Assembly (NCBI GenBank): GCA_951406725.2
Contig: OX597820.1
Span: 68,386,001 to 68,450,000 of the forward strand
DNA length: 64,000 nt
Direction of reading: 5' to 3'
Source of the DNA: Octopus vulgaris
Taxonomy: Eukaryota
Shown: one piece after another, positions 1 through 13,269 of the stretch
Layout of the letters: each line of letters starts with the position of its first letter
How positions within the stretch are numbered: the stretch's first letter is position 1
Position numbers and translations under genes: made by a program
The notes under the pieces: model-generated
The model's input: the letters and a program-made list of their open reading frames with translations, nothing else
Told to the model about the DNA's origin: nothing
Databases searched by the model: none

Positions 1-1029
1 TGGTTCAACTTTTTCACGATACCTGCATAGGAACTAAATATCCTTTGTCACCATTAGAGATTGATCTGCTATGAAGCCCAACGCCAGGTAACGAAAACTG
101 GCTGAGTTATTACAGCATGTGTCTAATATCTTTGCTTGCGTGCCATAGAGGAAGAATGTGGCATTGCTGAATTTGTAACACGAATTTGCTTTTAATTTTA
201 CGTTTAACTTGAGAGGGGAAGCATTAATGAGCATTTATTTTACCAGGGCTCCAAGACATTTGAGATGAAGGGTAGAATTTATCCTAAAACTGTTTTTTTT
301 TTACCGAGATCTTAGCCTAAACAAGCTCTGTTGAAGCCGCTCTAGGACAGGGAGGTAGTGTGAAACTAGAGAAAGAATTATGATGATTCAAGAACTCAAT
401 ACAGTGAACCTGGGCAAATATTTCAAATGTTTTGTCCGAACTCTAATAACTTTGCCAATCCATGTCCCTGGACTAGTACTTTCGAACTCAGAAAGATATT
501 ATGGTAAGTGAATCGCGGCGGAATTTGAATTCAGAAAGCAGAGATCTGGAGCGAATACCGCAAGGTAATCTGTCCTAAATTCTTAAGATACCACCAAATT
601 GCAGAATAATAATTATTTTTGATAATTTATTTTATGATGAACAGCAATAATTAAGTTTGTTTCTATTGTTAGGGTTAGCAGAGACTTCATGACAATTTTG
701 ACGCAGGAAATAGATCCTTAACTCTTATGAATATTGATAGTATAAATTAAACATGATGAGATTCGTCATCTTTCTTTAGCTATGTATAAATGTTTTATGT
801 AACATTTACAGTTTTGTGAAATATTTTCTTGATTATTGCATACCAACATATATTAATAGTAGGCATGGATATGTGGTTCCGAGTAATTCAAGCGAACTAC
901 AATACTCTCCTATATCTACACCTGAGCCAGGTCGAGTTCGCAACCGCAAGGGAGTTGACCAAGCTATCTGAGAAACGTGCTAAAATCGGATGCCAAATAA
1001 ACTTTCTTTGTATTATAGTGCATTGTTGT

Positions 1030-1203
1030 ACCATTCAAAAACTTTTTATTCTTTATCAACAAGTAATTTTTGTTTATATGTGTATGTGGAGATTTCTATG
1101 TCATGTTCTCTGTATGTATTCTCATGCATATTGTTGCATGTGTAGACATGCTCATATATACTTAAATGATAAGCTTCGGGAAACAGATTTTTACAGCCTC
1201 AGG
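1030..1203 (-). mobile_element. 3' end/UTR fragment of an RLE-type LINE related to 55588-55950
   Basis: Reverse complement (ttatcatttaagtatatatgagcatgtctacacatgcaacaatatgcatgagaatacatac) aligns with 55870-55930. Its 5' junction abuts (CATA)n on its sense strand. Confidence 0.6.
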
Positions 1204-1287
1204 TATATATGCATATATGTATGTATGTACGTATGTATGAATGTATGTCTGTATGTATGAATGTATATATACAAACAAACAATCACA

Positions 1288-1363
<76 letters not shown>

Positions 1364-1733
1364 CACACGTATATATAAGCAAACGCATACATACATTATG
1401 TGTGATTATTTTCGTGTCGGTATTTATGCTTCTTTATGTAGCTTTTAGCAATGAAGTTGCATATTTCGTGTTCCTTTTGATGGCATGAATTTCGATTGAA
1501 TTGCTGGACTGAAATGCTTCTTAGGTTCCTTATTATTGAAGGCAGTGACTCAGCATGATTAGTTACCTAAAATAAATAAAATAGAAATGAAAATAGAAAT
1601 TTTCTCGCTTGCATCTAAGCCCGTCTTTGATGTGCAAAATAGCTTACGCTCGTTTTACTCTTGTCTTATCTTTTATAACGTACCGTTATTATCTATTGAG
1701 TACTTTCATTTAACTTACTGTAGGTGATATTCT

Positions 1734-1951
1734 GTGGAGGCGCGTGGCTTAGTGGTTAGGGAGTCAGCATCATGATCGTAAGATTGTGGTTTCGATTCCT
1801 GGACCGAGAGACGCGTTGTGTTCTTGAGCAAAACACATCATTTCACGTTGCTCCAATCCACTCAGCTGGAAAAATGAGTAACGCTGCGATGAACTGGCGT
1901 CCCGTTCGGTTGGGGAACACATACGCCATTGAAACAGGGAATCCGGGCGCA
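1734..1951 (+). mobile_element. tRNA-derived SINE with a Meta/V-like central domain (family D)
   Basis: A-box-like tggcttagtggttagg, B-box-like gtttcgattcc, central ttgagcaaaacac...ccactcagctgg...aaatgagt. Related pieces at 33291-33512, 38765-38872 and 52172-52330. Confidence 0.8.
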
Positions 1952-2957
1952 TTTATTTTATCTTTAGGTGATATTCTAATGTTTGTAATTTTACGTTTAG
2001 ACAATAGCACATTTCGAACGCTACTCCACATAATTTAGCGCTAATACCTATAAAGAATCGTGCCAAGCGCTAACTGTTCAACTAGGAATTTCAACAACAG
2101 CAAGACCTCTTCAAGGAAATATTCTTGCTCTTTTTCCATTTGATATTGCAGTAGGCTATTCATTTCGGTGAAATCTTTGTAAAGGTTTCACTATCAAGCA
2201 GAAACGATCAAGGTATTAGAAGCGTGCGTATTTCTCGAATTTTGACCATGCTGATGAGCTTGCCCATACAATTCATCAACAGTATGGTGTCCCAAAACAA
2301 ACTTTCAGAAATCTACAGGCAAAGTCGATCTCTTTCTCAATAGAATAATGATTGAATACACGACCATCAATGGAGATGAAAACCACTTGCTAATTTATTC
2401 CAACGATCGCACATAGCTAAAAAAGCGATTGTCGTTAAGTACTCTGAGTCCTATGTTGTTGAGAGTAAGGAGGACCTTCTTATACGCAAGGAGCCACTCT
2501 AAAGTGCTTGTCACAGTCTCAAAATATGTAGAAATGAAAAATGTCAAAGACAAAGACAACAGTGCTTACTTTCTTAAGGACATTTGAACAGAAAATTCTT
2601 CTCCATCGAGTCGAAACTTGGATTATAAAGAAGGATCAACTTCATCAATCTATATTATAATTGCTCAAATAGGCCATCATGCTGAACGAAAGGCCATATT
2701 AGACGTTATAACTTTAAGATTTCCGTACTATAAATGTAGGGAAAGAACACTCAACTACAGACCACTAAACTACAGTGCAGTGAAACATGAAATAATACTG
2801 AAGTTCCACAACAGTTAATAGGGTACAGAATTTTCCGTAAAATGCCCCCCCAATTTCGGCCACTTGAAGAGGCTATTATTAATTTACATATTCTTCATCC
2901 TATTCTTCGTCACAGTCAAGCACATTTTCGCGTAAGAATAATAGATATGAACAAACA

Positions 2958-2960
2958 TTA

Positions 2961-3045
<85 letters not shown>

Positions 3046-3877
3046 CTCTGTCTATCTATCTATCTGTCTATCTATCTATCTGTCTATGGCACGTATGAAT
3101 GACGAAGCCACCTTGAGCATAATCCTATGAACCCAGCAATTGAAAACAGAGGGTTACCCACTTGCAAACAAATGTGGTAACATATAACAATATTGACCAA
3201 GGTTACCGTGGTCTTTTTCATAGGCTTTTCTTCCCACGGATAAACCTTACTTGCTTTCCCCTTTACACCATATATCATAACACTGTGATACACGATCCCT
3301 ATTGATCGTTTTTTTTCTCTTCCCCTTTTTTCTTCTTTTTTCATTTCTCTTTTCTTTTGTTACTTTTCCTTTTCTTTTTTTTTCTTTTTTTTCTTTTTCT
3401 TTTTTATTTTATTTTATTTTATTTTTTTTTTTGTTCTTTTCTTCCCTTTTACGATCCCTCTTGATCGAAAACCTACGCCACCCCTTTTTTCTTTTTTTTC
3501 TTTTGTTTTTTGTTTTTTTCATCCCCCAAAAGAAAAGCTCTACCTTGTAACTTGTCCCATCTGTGTGCAGCCCTGTGTGGCCAATAAAGAAACTTATCTA
3601 TCTGTCTATCTATCTGTCTGTCTGTCTGTCTATCTGTCAGTCTGTCTGTCTGTCAGTCTGTCAGTCTGTCTGTTTGTCTGTCTGTCTGTCTATCTGTCTA
3701 TCTGTCTGTCTATCTGTCTATCTGTCTGTCTGTCTATCTGTCTATCTGTCTATCTATCTGTCTATCTATCTGCCTGTCTATCTGTCTGTCTATCTATCTG
3801 TCTATCTATCTATCTACCTGTCTATCTATCTGTCTATCTATCTATCTGTCTATCTATCTGTCTATCTATCTATCTAT
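2958..3877. repeat. (TCTA)n/(TCTG)n microsatellite interrupted by a LINE 3' end
   Basis: Direct reading: arrays at 2958-3085 and 3595-3877. Confidence 0.95.
3086..3592 (+). mobile_element. 3' terminus of a LINE, probably L1/Tx1-type (last codons plus 3' UTR)
   Basis: Short reading frame [14 protein letters not shown], then a T-rich UTR and terminal agccctgtgtggccaataaagaaa with AATAAA. Bounded by (TCTA)n on both sides. Clade assignment is by resemblance only. Confidence 0.5.
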
Positions 3878-4670
3878 AATAATAAAGGGTAAAATTAATT
3901 AATCAATAATTAATAATTTTACCAAGTAGTTCGGTATGTTACAAGAACCATTATCGGTGAACTTATACAAAATTTACTATAATTATAAACATAATTATAA
4001 TTAGAGTTCAGCAAATTGCTTCATCACATACCGAAATTTAGAAATAGCAGTTAAATACTATTCCACTACCATAAAATATCTCCCAGACAGCAATACTCCC
4101 AAGTCACGCATTTAAACAGAAAAAATAACGAATCCACCTGGCTTTGATCAACTATATACGCTTTTCTGGATTAAAGATATGTAAAATGTAACTTTTACAT
4201 ACTTTATTATTATTGATAATATAATTCACTCCCTGATAGTAAACTGCAGTTTCTGCGGGATTACTCGTAGCACACATGGGTGATTGGGGAAGAATGCGAG
4301 TTCTCACTCGTCTGTATAAATTCGGAATTATTGTCTTTTGGATATTAGTTGTTCGATGGCGCTTGGTCGAATGCATATTTTAATTATTAGTTCTCTCTGA
4401 TTTATAATTGAAATACTATACTGAAGACGGAAATAAGTAAGTAAAAATAAAATTTTACATCCCTTTAATCCAGAAACGCGTATATAGTTGATCAAAGCCG
4501 GGTGGATTCGTTATATTTTATCTTTAACTGCGTGAGTTAGGAGTATTGCTGTCTGGGAGATATCTTAGGGTAGTGGAATTGTATTTAACTGCTATTTCTA
4601 AATTTCGGTATGTTGTGAGGCAAGTTTGCTGAACCCTAATTATAATTGTACTCATAATTATAGAATTTTT
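3878..4670. mobile_element. Non-coding Penelope-type inverted pseudo-LTR structure
   Basis: About 220-bp imperfect inverted repeat (about 3968-4188 vs 4452-4670) overlapping a hammerhead motif; flanked by (TCTA)n on both sides. Confidence 0.7.
4415..4488 (+). ncRNA. Minimal type-I hammerhead ribozyme with consensus core
   Basis: actata-CTGAAGA-cgga[loop]tcca-GAAA-cgcg-TA-tatagt. Stem I actata/tatagt, palindromic stem III ACGCGT, GUA cleavage triplet. Confidence 0.8.
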
Positions 4671-4672
4671 GC

Positions 4673-4767
<95 letters not shown>

Positions 4768-4794
4768 AATCTACCTATCTATCTATATATATCT

Positions 4795-4844
<50 letters not shown>

Positions 4845-5839
4845 CACTCTATATATATATATATAAATATGCTTATATATATGTATGAATATATGTGTTT
4901 GTATATACATACATACATATATGTATATATATAATCATATATGTACATATAAATATAGTCATATATGATTGTGAGTGTACATCTATTACTTCGCGAATGT
5001 GCGTGCGTGTGTTCGTTTCCGTATTTGTGACTCAGTGCTTTATAACCACTATTAGTCTTTGTACGCCCTCATAACTCTAAAAGTCCGGCAAAAGGTGGCC
5101 GATAATAATAGGTACAATGCGTAAAATGAGCACTGGCGTCAATTTGATCTACAAAAAGCCTGCGTGTAGGTGTTGTAGCCTGGCCGCAGACCAATAAATG
5201 ATAGAAGCAAAACAATAAAAGAGAATATATATGAAATTTGCTTCAGAACAATTTGTAGTAAGAAATTCAGCTACTCTCTGGAAACACGGTTAGCCTATGT
5301 GATCGGTTTCATTTTTATCAATTGCTATCTATGAAACATACCTTTGTGTGTGCACATCTCTGTGTACAGGTTTCACAATAAATAATTATGCTTTGTTCTA
5401 AATTTCAGTGCGGCTTTGCAAGGGCGACCGATATTGTCGCGTCTTTAACATCCGTGGGGCAGAAGTCACACATAAAACAAATAAGTAAAACATAAAAAGA
5501 ATTATCTTCACTTAGGAGGCACCTTATCAGATAGAGAGCGCAGCTAATAGGAAAAGGCGAAGAAAATGACACAAAACGAAAATAGAAGCAGATGGTCTGA
5601 TATAAAAATCCTAATTCCAATCTTCAGAGACCTCTTCCCCTCTTGAAATTACCATTGGAACAAATTAGCTAACAGAATGTCAATTAGGAAGACCACTGAT
5701 GGAGGATGAAGATCTGCTCAAAGAAAACTTCCGAAAAAAAATTCCGTTCATTTTACTTGAGAAGCGAAAAGGAAAGGATGCTGGGAGTTGAGCAAAATAA
5801 TTATCGTCACAGAATGAATCTGGTGACAGTCGTTGTTGT

Positions 5840-5889
5840 TATCATCATCATCATTATTATTATTACTATTATCATTATTACTATCATCA

Positions 5890-5959
<70 letters not shown>

Positions 5960-5994
5960 TATCATTATTACTATCATCATTATTATTATTATTA

Positions 5995-6034
<40 letters not shown>

Positions 6035-6416
6035 TATCATTATTACGATCATCATTATTACTATCATCATTATTATTATTATCATTATTACTATCGTCAT
6101 TATTATTATTATCATTATTATTTTTATTATTATTACTATTATCATTATTACTATCATCATTATTACTATCATCATTATTATTATTATTATTATTACTATT
6201 ATTATTATTACTATCATTATTATTATTATTATTATTACTATTATTACTATTATTATTATTACTATCATCATCATCATCATTATCATTACTATCATCATCA
6301 TCATCATCATCATTATCATTACTATCATCATCATTATTATTATTATTATTATTATTTATAAGATGAGAAGGAACAACAACAACGGCAGCAACAACAACAA
6401 AAATGATAATAATGAC

Positions 6417-6473
<57 letters not shown>
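5840..6473. repeat. Compound (ATT/ATC/ACT)n array switching to (AAC/AAT)n
   Basis: Direct reading; the strand sense of the repeat flips at about 6357-6372. Confidence 0.95.
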
Positions 6474-6474
<1 letters not shown>

Positions 6475-7671
6475 GACACCTAGACACCTACCTGAAAAAC
6501 TCTGAGGACTGGATGTTAAAACTTGTCTCAAAACATGAAAACAAGAAAGCATCATACTCAGTAACAAAACAGGCAAAGGAATATCTAAGTGAATTCCGAA
6601 TACAACAAATTTCGGAATTAGAGATAGACATACAAGAAACAGGCACAGAAAAAGCTAAGCGCATGAAAACCCGTGCTAAATCTGCGGCCTTAGATATTCT
6701 GAATGATAAATGGCAAGAAAAACCTCTCTATGGCAAATACCCAAAGAGAGCAAATAATGCAGATGTTGACAAAGCCCTGACCCATCAATGGCTAATGGCC
6801 TCTGGCTTAAAATCTGAAACAGAGGGGTTTATCATAGCAGCTCAAGATCAATGCCTACCAACAAGAAACTATCAGGCCAACATATTAAAGATCAGAAGCA
6901 GTCCAACGTGTCGTGTATGCAAGCAACAAAATGAAACCATTGACCATGTGGTCTCCAAGTGCAGTCTTCTAGCGCCTACAGAGTATCTCAACAGGCACGA
7001 TAGAGCTGCACAATATATTCACTGGGTAATCTGTAAAAACCTGGATTTGCCCCATGAAAAAAACCACCCCCAGTGCTTGAAAATGACCACATCTCACTCC
7101 TCTGGAACTTCACCATTCAAACTGACAGAAAGATAGATGCAAATAGGCCAGACATCATATTGAAAGACTTCAAACAAAGAACATGCCTCCTCATTGATAT
7201 GACTGTCCCAATCGATATAAACGTATCTGTCAAGACCTACCAAAAACTGAGCAAATATAAAGATCTTGAAATAGAAATCAGCAAAATGTGGAAGCTGAAG
7301 ACTAAAACAATACCTGTTGTCATAGGTGCCCTGGGAATGATAGCAAAAGGGGCAGATAGCTACCTAACTCAGATACCAGGAAACCCAAAAATGGCAGAAA
7401 TTCAAAAGATAGTGCTCATGGGAACTGCTCATATCCTACGCAAAATACTTTCTATGTAATCTCAAGGTTTAAAACAAACATAATTTTCGGTTTAAAAAAA
7501 AAAAAAAAAAAAACTTTTTTTTTAGACATTCATTAGTACAACACCCCCACCCCCAAATATATGGCACACTAGGCATAACAACAGCATGAACTTCCAACCC
7601 TGTTGTCTCTTGAGGTCTCTGGGTGAGACTTGGAGCCAACTTGTACAAATATAAAGCAAAAGTCAAACATA

Positions 7672-7672
<1 letters not shown>
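6474..7672 (+). mobile_element. 5'-truncated R4/Dong-type RLE LINE (CCHC knuckle, PD-(D/E)xK endonuclease, 3' UTR)
   Basis: ETEGFIIAAQDQCL, CRVC...ETIDHVVSKC, RHD, then (after a frameshift near 7060) NRPDII...LIDMTVP...KLSKYKDL...IPVVIGALG. (TAA)n on both flanks. Confidence 0.92.
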
Positions 7673-7704
<32 letters not shown>

Positions 7705-7724
7705 TAAGAAATAGTAGACGGATA

Positions 7725-7929
7725 AGAGCTGGCGATATCGTTAGAACGCTGGAAAATTGCTTTGCGGCATTTCTTTCTGTTTTACGTTTTGAGTTATAAT
7801 GTCTCCGGGGTCATCTTTTCCTTTCATTCTTTCGGGGTCGATAAAATAAGTAACTATTTCACCTGGGATCGATTACATCGACTGCTCACTTCCTTTAAAA
7901 TTTCAGGCCTTGTGCCTATAGTAGAAAGG

Positions 7930-7931
<2 letters not shown>
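7725..7931 (+). mobile_element. tRNA-like SINE family A, tail type 1
   Basis: gagctggc...gttag, then cctttcattctttcggggtcgataaaataagta, ending ggccttgtgcctatagtagaaagg followed by (ATC/ATT)n. Confidence 0.8.
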
Positions 7932-7961
<30 letters not shown>

Positions 7962-7971
7962 TATTATTATT

Positions 7972-8507
7972 GAATAAGAGAGCAGTGCATGCCATCAAAG
8001 CAATGCTGGGATAAAATATACGAACCCCAGAGTACCCATCATGACTATCCGTCTGAAAAGGGTACACAAGAGACATGCATCACAACTATATGTGCGCTAC
8101 ATGGTGATCTCATATCAAGATAAACAACGCATGACCTTGCAGGTGGGGCACAGTTAGAATTTTCTTCAGGTTGAGTAGCCCATCCCGCTTAAAAGGTCCC
8201 AGAATAAGGGTTGTTTAAAGATGTTGAACGAAGCACCCATGTTTCCATACGTGAATTATTCAAACCCCAAAGAATCCCTCTCAACACATGGCTATGATAC
8301 TCCCCCACAACTTCTGCTCGTGATCAGAAATGCACATATCGTCAGCCACTAAGCGACATGCTCAACTGGTTAAGACCAAACAACTGACAAATAAATTTGT
8401 GATATTGAGCAGAATATTCGCTGTAGCCCATCATTTATACAAAACAATGTACATAACACTTCCCATCAGAAGCTATGAGGGCCACTGCCTGGTACTGCAT
8501 CGGGGCA

Positions 8508-8508
<1 letters not shown>
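7972..8508 (-). mobile_element. About 540-bp non-coding retroposon ending in (AAT)n, copy 1
   Basis: Colinear with 13270-13811 over its whole length; (ATT)n on both flanks on the + strand. Confidence 0.85.
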
Positions 8509-8545
<37 letters not shown>

Positions 8546-8546
8546 T

Positions 8547-8580
<34 letters not shown>

Positions 8581-8592
8581 TACTATCATTAA

Positions 8593-8643
<51 letters not shown>

Positions 8644-8666
8644 CATTATTATTATCATTATTATTA

Positions 8667-8749
<83 letters not shown>

Positions 8750-9156
8750 TTACGGTTGACTTTTGCTTTACATTTATACAAGGTGGCTCCAAGTCTCAGC
8801 CAGAGACCTCAAGAGACAACAAGTTGGAAGTTCATGTTGGTGTTATGCCTAGGGTGCCATCTATTTGGTTTTGTACGTAATGTTGTCCCAGAGAATGTTT
8901 AAGAAACCATAAGAAAATTATGTCTGTTTTAAAACTTGAGATTACATAGAAAGTATTTTGCGTAGGGTATGAGCAGTTCCCATGATCACTATCTTTTGAA
9001 CTTCTTCTATTTTGGGGTTTTCTAGTATCTGAGCTAGGTAGCAATCAGCCGCTTTTGCTATCATTCCCAAAGGCACCTATGACAACAGGTATAGTTTTAG
9101 TCTTCAGGTTCCATATTTTTCTAATTTCTATTTCAAGATCTTTATATTTGCTTAGT
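8750..9156 (-). mobile_element. Short 3' fragment of the same Dong/R4 family as 6474-7672
   Basis: LSKYKDLEIEIRKIWNLKTKTIPVVIGA, and the shared 3' UTR gttgtctcttgaggtctctgg...aaagcaaaagtcaa. Flanked by (ATT)n. Confidence 0.9.
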
Positions 9157-9188
9157 TGTTGTTGTTGTTGTTATTATCATCATCATCA

Positions 9189-9244
<56 letters not shown>

Positions 9245-11834
9245 GTTCAGTAGTTTTATTTTTATAGCGTGCTTTCACTTCACTACCGAGCGCAGCTCTG
9301 TGTGCCTTAGGTATGTGCTGTGATTTGTTGTGATGCTCTGATGGTTATTGTATGGAAAGTGTTCTGCGTAGGACGTGTGCAGTGCCTAGTAGAGCAGTTT
9401 TCTGTATGTTATATGTGTTTGTAAGTCCTGGTGTTTTTGTTATGTATTTGTCTGAATATTTTTTTATCATGCCTAATGCACCTACTATGATAGGAATTGT
9501 TTCTGTTTTTAGATTCCACATTCTGGTTACCTCTATTTCCAGGTCTTTGTATTTTGAAAGTTTCTCCATTTCTTTTAGAGACATGTTGTCATCTGCCGGT
9601 ATTGATACATCAATTAGAAAGCATTTTTTTCTTCATGATCTCTGACAACTATATCTGGTATGTTGGCCTTAATTTCTCTAACTGTGTGTATCGGCATATC
9701 CCAGAGTATGGTTGCTTTCTCGTTTTCTGTGACCTTTCCTGGTGTGTGCCTATACTATCTTTTTTCTGTTGTTATTCCATAATGTTGGCATAGCTTCCAG
9801 TGTATGTAGGTTCCAACTCTGTAATGTCTGTGAATATATTCCTTCTTAGCCAGGACTGGGCAGCCAGAGATAATATGATTTATTGTTTCTTGTCCATCTC
9901 CACATATTCTGCAGTTACTTGTTATATTTCTTTTCATTACATGTTTTTGGTAATTTCTGGTGGGGAGGCTTTGGTCTTGTGCTGCAATTAAAAATCCCTC
10001 TGTCTCTGCTTTGAGTCCTGAGCTTCTCAACCATTGCTGGAATTTTTCTTTGTCTATTTCTTTTGCGTTTAGTTTAGTCCAGTATTTACCATGAAGGGGC
10101 TTTTCTTGCCATCGTTTTATCATGGTTCGTTGCTGTTCTATTTTTAGTTTGGATTTCATTTGTTTTATAGTTCTTCTTCTTCTTCTTCTTCTTCTTCTTC
10201 TTCTTCTTCTTCTTCTTCTTCTTCTTCTTCTTCTTCTTCTTCTTCTTCTTCTTCTTCTTCTTCATTAGGTGGTATGATTTCTTGTTTGTATTTGTCAGCT
10301 TCCTTAAATACTGAGAACAGTTTTTTGTTTTGCTCGTGTTTTGCCGCTATTTGTATCAGTTTTCCTTCCTTCTGAAGTAGATATTTTTGCAGTCCTATGG
10401 TGGTTATTTTATAGTAGTTTTCCAGCTGTATAAGGCCTCTACCATCTTCTATACGTTGTATGTATAGTCTTTCTATGTCAGATTTTGGGTGATGCGTCCT
10501 AGATCCTGTCATTATTTTTCTTGTTTTCCTATCTATTTTGGTCAGTTCATTTAGTGTCCAGTTAAGGATATTGTAGCTGTAACTTATAACTGGGACAGCT
10601 AAAGTGTTAATACTTATTATCTTGTTTTTAGCATTGAGCTCTGTTTTTAGTATTGATCTAACTCGTCTATAATATTCTTTTTTTATTTTCTCTTTCATTT
10701 GTGTGTGTTGTGTCTTATCTAGTTCATGGATTTCCAAGTATTTGTAAGTTTGGCTTTGGTCTAATTCTTTTATTTCATTTGTTTTATCTAGTGTGATGTT
10801 GCTACTCTTAACTAGTTTTCCTCTTTTCATGGTTACTTTGGCGCATTTTTCTAATCCAAATTTCATATCTATTTCTTTGGTAAATCCATGAACTGTCTTT
10901 AATAGTGTTTCCAGCTGTTTGTCATTTGCAGCATATAGTTTTAGGTCACCCATATATAAAAGGTGGCTGATCGTTTTGCCGTAACATTTATATCCGCATC
11001 CAGTTCTATTTAGCATATCAGATAGAGGTGACAGTGCCAAGCAGAAAAGGAATGGAGAGAGCGTGTCTCCCTGGAATATTCCTCTTCTACTGGGGATAGC
11101 TTTGGTTTTCATGAGTCCCTCTTTTGTTTGGAGCTGTAGCACTGTTTGCCATTTATTCATAGAGTGCCATATGAATTTTATAATTGTTGGTGCTACTTTG
11201 TTAATGGCTAGTGTTTCGAGGATCCATGTGTGGGGGATGCTATCAAACGCCTTTTTGTAGTCGATCCAGGCCGTACTGAGGCCTTTCTTCTTTCTGTGGC
11301 TGTCTTCAGTTATGGCTTTATTAATCATTAGTTGATCTTTAAAGCCATATGAGCCTTTGCGGCACCCTTTCTGCTCTTCTGGAAACAGGTTGTTTTCATC
11401 CAGGTGCTTGTTCAACCTTTGCGATATCACTGCAGTAAATGCCTTGTACATTGTAGGGAGACAGGTTATTGGTCTGTAGTTTTCTGGTTTTGCTGTCTCA
11501 TTTGATTTGGGAATTAAGATGGTTTTCCCCTTCGTGAGCCATTCAGGCATTGTCTCTGTCTCTGCTAGTATGTTGTTAAAGCTTTTAGCCAGCGTTTTGT
11601 GCATTCCTGTTAGATATTTCAACCAGAAGTTGGGGATCTTGTCATGCCCAGGTGCCTTCCAGTTGCTTAGTCTTTGCAGTGCCTGGGTGACCTCTTCAGT
11701 TGTTATGGGGGTCCAAAGTTGCTCAGATGCTGAGTTTGTTGTTTTGATACATCTTTTTGGTTGTTCGTTCGCCGACCATATTTCTCTCCAGAATTCTTCC
11801 ACTTCTTCTGCCGTTGGTGCTGCAGTGATTTCTA

Positions 11835-11841
<7 letters not shown>
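9245..11841 (-). pseudogene. 5'-truncated R4/Dong LINE: RT, zinc knuckle and RLE endonuclease, inactivated
   Basis: ORFs 10165..12060, 9755..10159 and 9345..9584: NWKAPGHD, YRPITCL, WIDYKKAFDSIPH, GIFQGDTLSP, LLYMGD (YMDD altered), CRIC...HIISGC, IPIIVGALG. Frameshifts at about 10162 and downstream. Confidence 0.95.
10171..10263. repeat. (TTC)n expansion inside the LINE ORF (poly-Glu on the - strand)
   Basis: About 31 GAA codons, followed by a frameshift before MKSKLK. Confidence 0.95.
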
Positions 11842-11924
<83 letters not shown>

Positions 11925-12006
11925 CATTATCATTATCGTTATCAATATTATTATTATTATAATTATTATAATTATTATAATTATTATTATCATTATTATT
12001 ATTATT

Positions 12007-13143
12007 CCTTCGTAACATAGTGTAGGTAAAAATGCACCGGTGGTTTTTGTCATGTGTCAAGTCACAACAAGGATTTCAGACAGATAATACTTTCCTTAAG
12101 ATATGCACTGTGCCCAATAAGGCTGCTTTTTGCAAGACACATCAATCTTGCATGGGGTTTTCTGTTACCTTAACAAGCTGTATCCTTTTTACATTACCTT
12201 CTCGTATTCCATACAGTCTTGACATTTCCACTTTCAATTCGGAGTACTTGGTGATTTTTTAACCTCTTTACTCACAATATTCACGTCATTTAGTATAGAT
12301 ATATCAATGACCTGAGAGTATTTTTCTCTCAATATGACAATATCCAGCCGACGGTGTTCGATTACACGATCTGTCTGAAAATCATAGTCCTATCTTTTCC
12401 ATCCTCCCGCATAACTTTACTTGGTACATGCTCATACCAGTTCTCTGTTACTTCGTATTGGTATTTACTGCATAAGACCCAATGAAGATACACACACACA
12501 CTTTATCGTGGCGACGTTTGTAATCTTTTTGTGCAAGGCTCTCACATCCACTGACCAAGTGGGTCACATTTCCTACACTCTTTCCACTGAGTCTGCATTT
12601 GTGGGTGTCAGAAATTTCATAGAGGTTATACTACACTGAATTGGTAGCGAGAGCCTGGTCTTGTGCAGCAATGATCAGGCTTTCGGTAGCAGGCTCCAAA
12701 TCACCACGCTCAAGCCATGCCCACGATGCTGTATTATGCATAACGTCTTGTATAATCCTCTCAAACTGTCCGTGCATTCTCATTTCAAGAAGGTCTTCTT
12801 TTCTACTCCCCTCAGCTCTTTAGTTAACTTGTGCCTTGCCCATCATTTCATCTGCATTTACACCCATACCTTTTGCGGTATATTGCAGCAGGTCTTCATC
12901 ACTATTTATCAAATATTCGGCAAGCGTTCTCCTTTCACTCCTTATACAATGCTCTATACTAATTAGTCCTCTGCCACCATTCTTTCTTTTCATATACTGT
13001 CTGTTTACGTTTGCTTTAGAATGTGGTGCTCCATGCAGAGTCATCAATGCTCTCGTCCTTCTATCCAGTGTTGATATTTCCTCCTTAGTCCACCTGAGAA
13101 TGGACGCACTATATCTGACCACTGCATCTGCTCAGATATTCAG
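12007..13143 (-). mobile_element. Decayed 5'-truncated R4/Dong LINE of a third subfamily
   Basis: ORF 12820..13122 (RYSASILRWT...LDRRTR...KNGGRGL), then LIIAAQDQAL and RLE remnants (HRRLDIVI, KITKYSEL). Distinct 3' UTR; (ATT)n flanks. Confidence 0.88.

Positions 13144-13269
<126 letters not shown>

Noticed and set aside
2150-2900. Possible decayed DNA transposon or LINE (likewise 1-300)
   Set aside because: No terminal repeats or protein motif could be established by eye.
5706-7136. 476-aa ORF as a host membrane protein gene
   Set aside because: Poly-Ile and poly-Asn come from the microsatellite and the C-terminal part is a Dong/R4 LINE fragment; a chance in-frame fusion.
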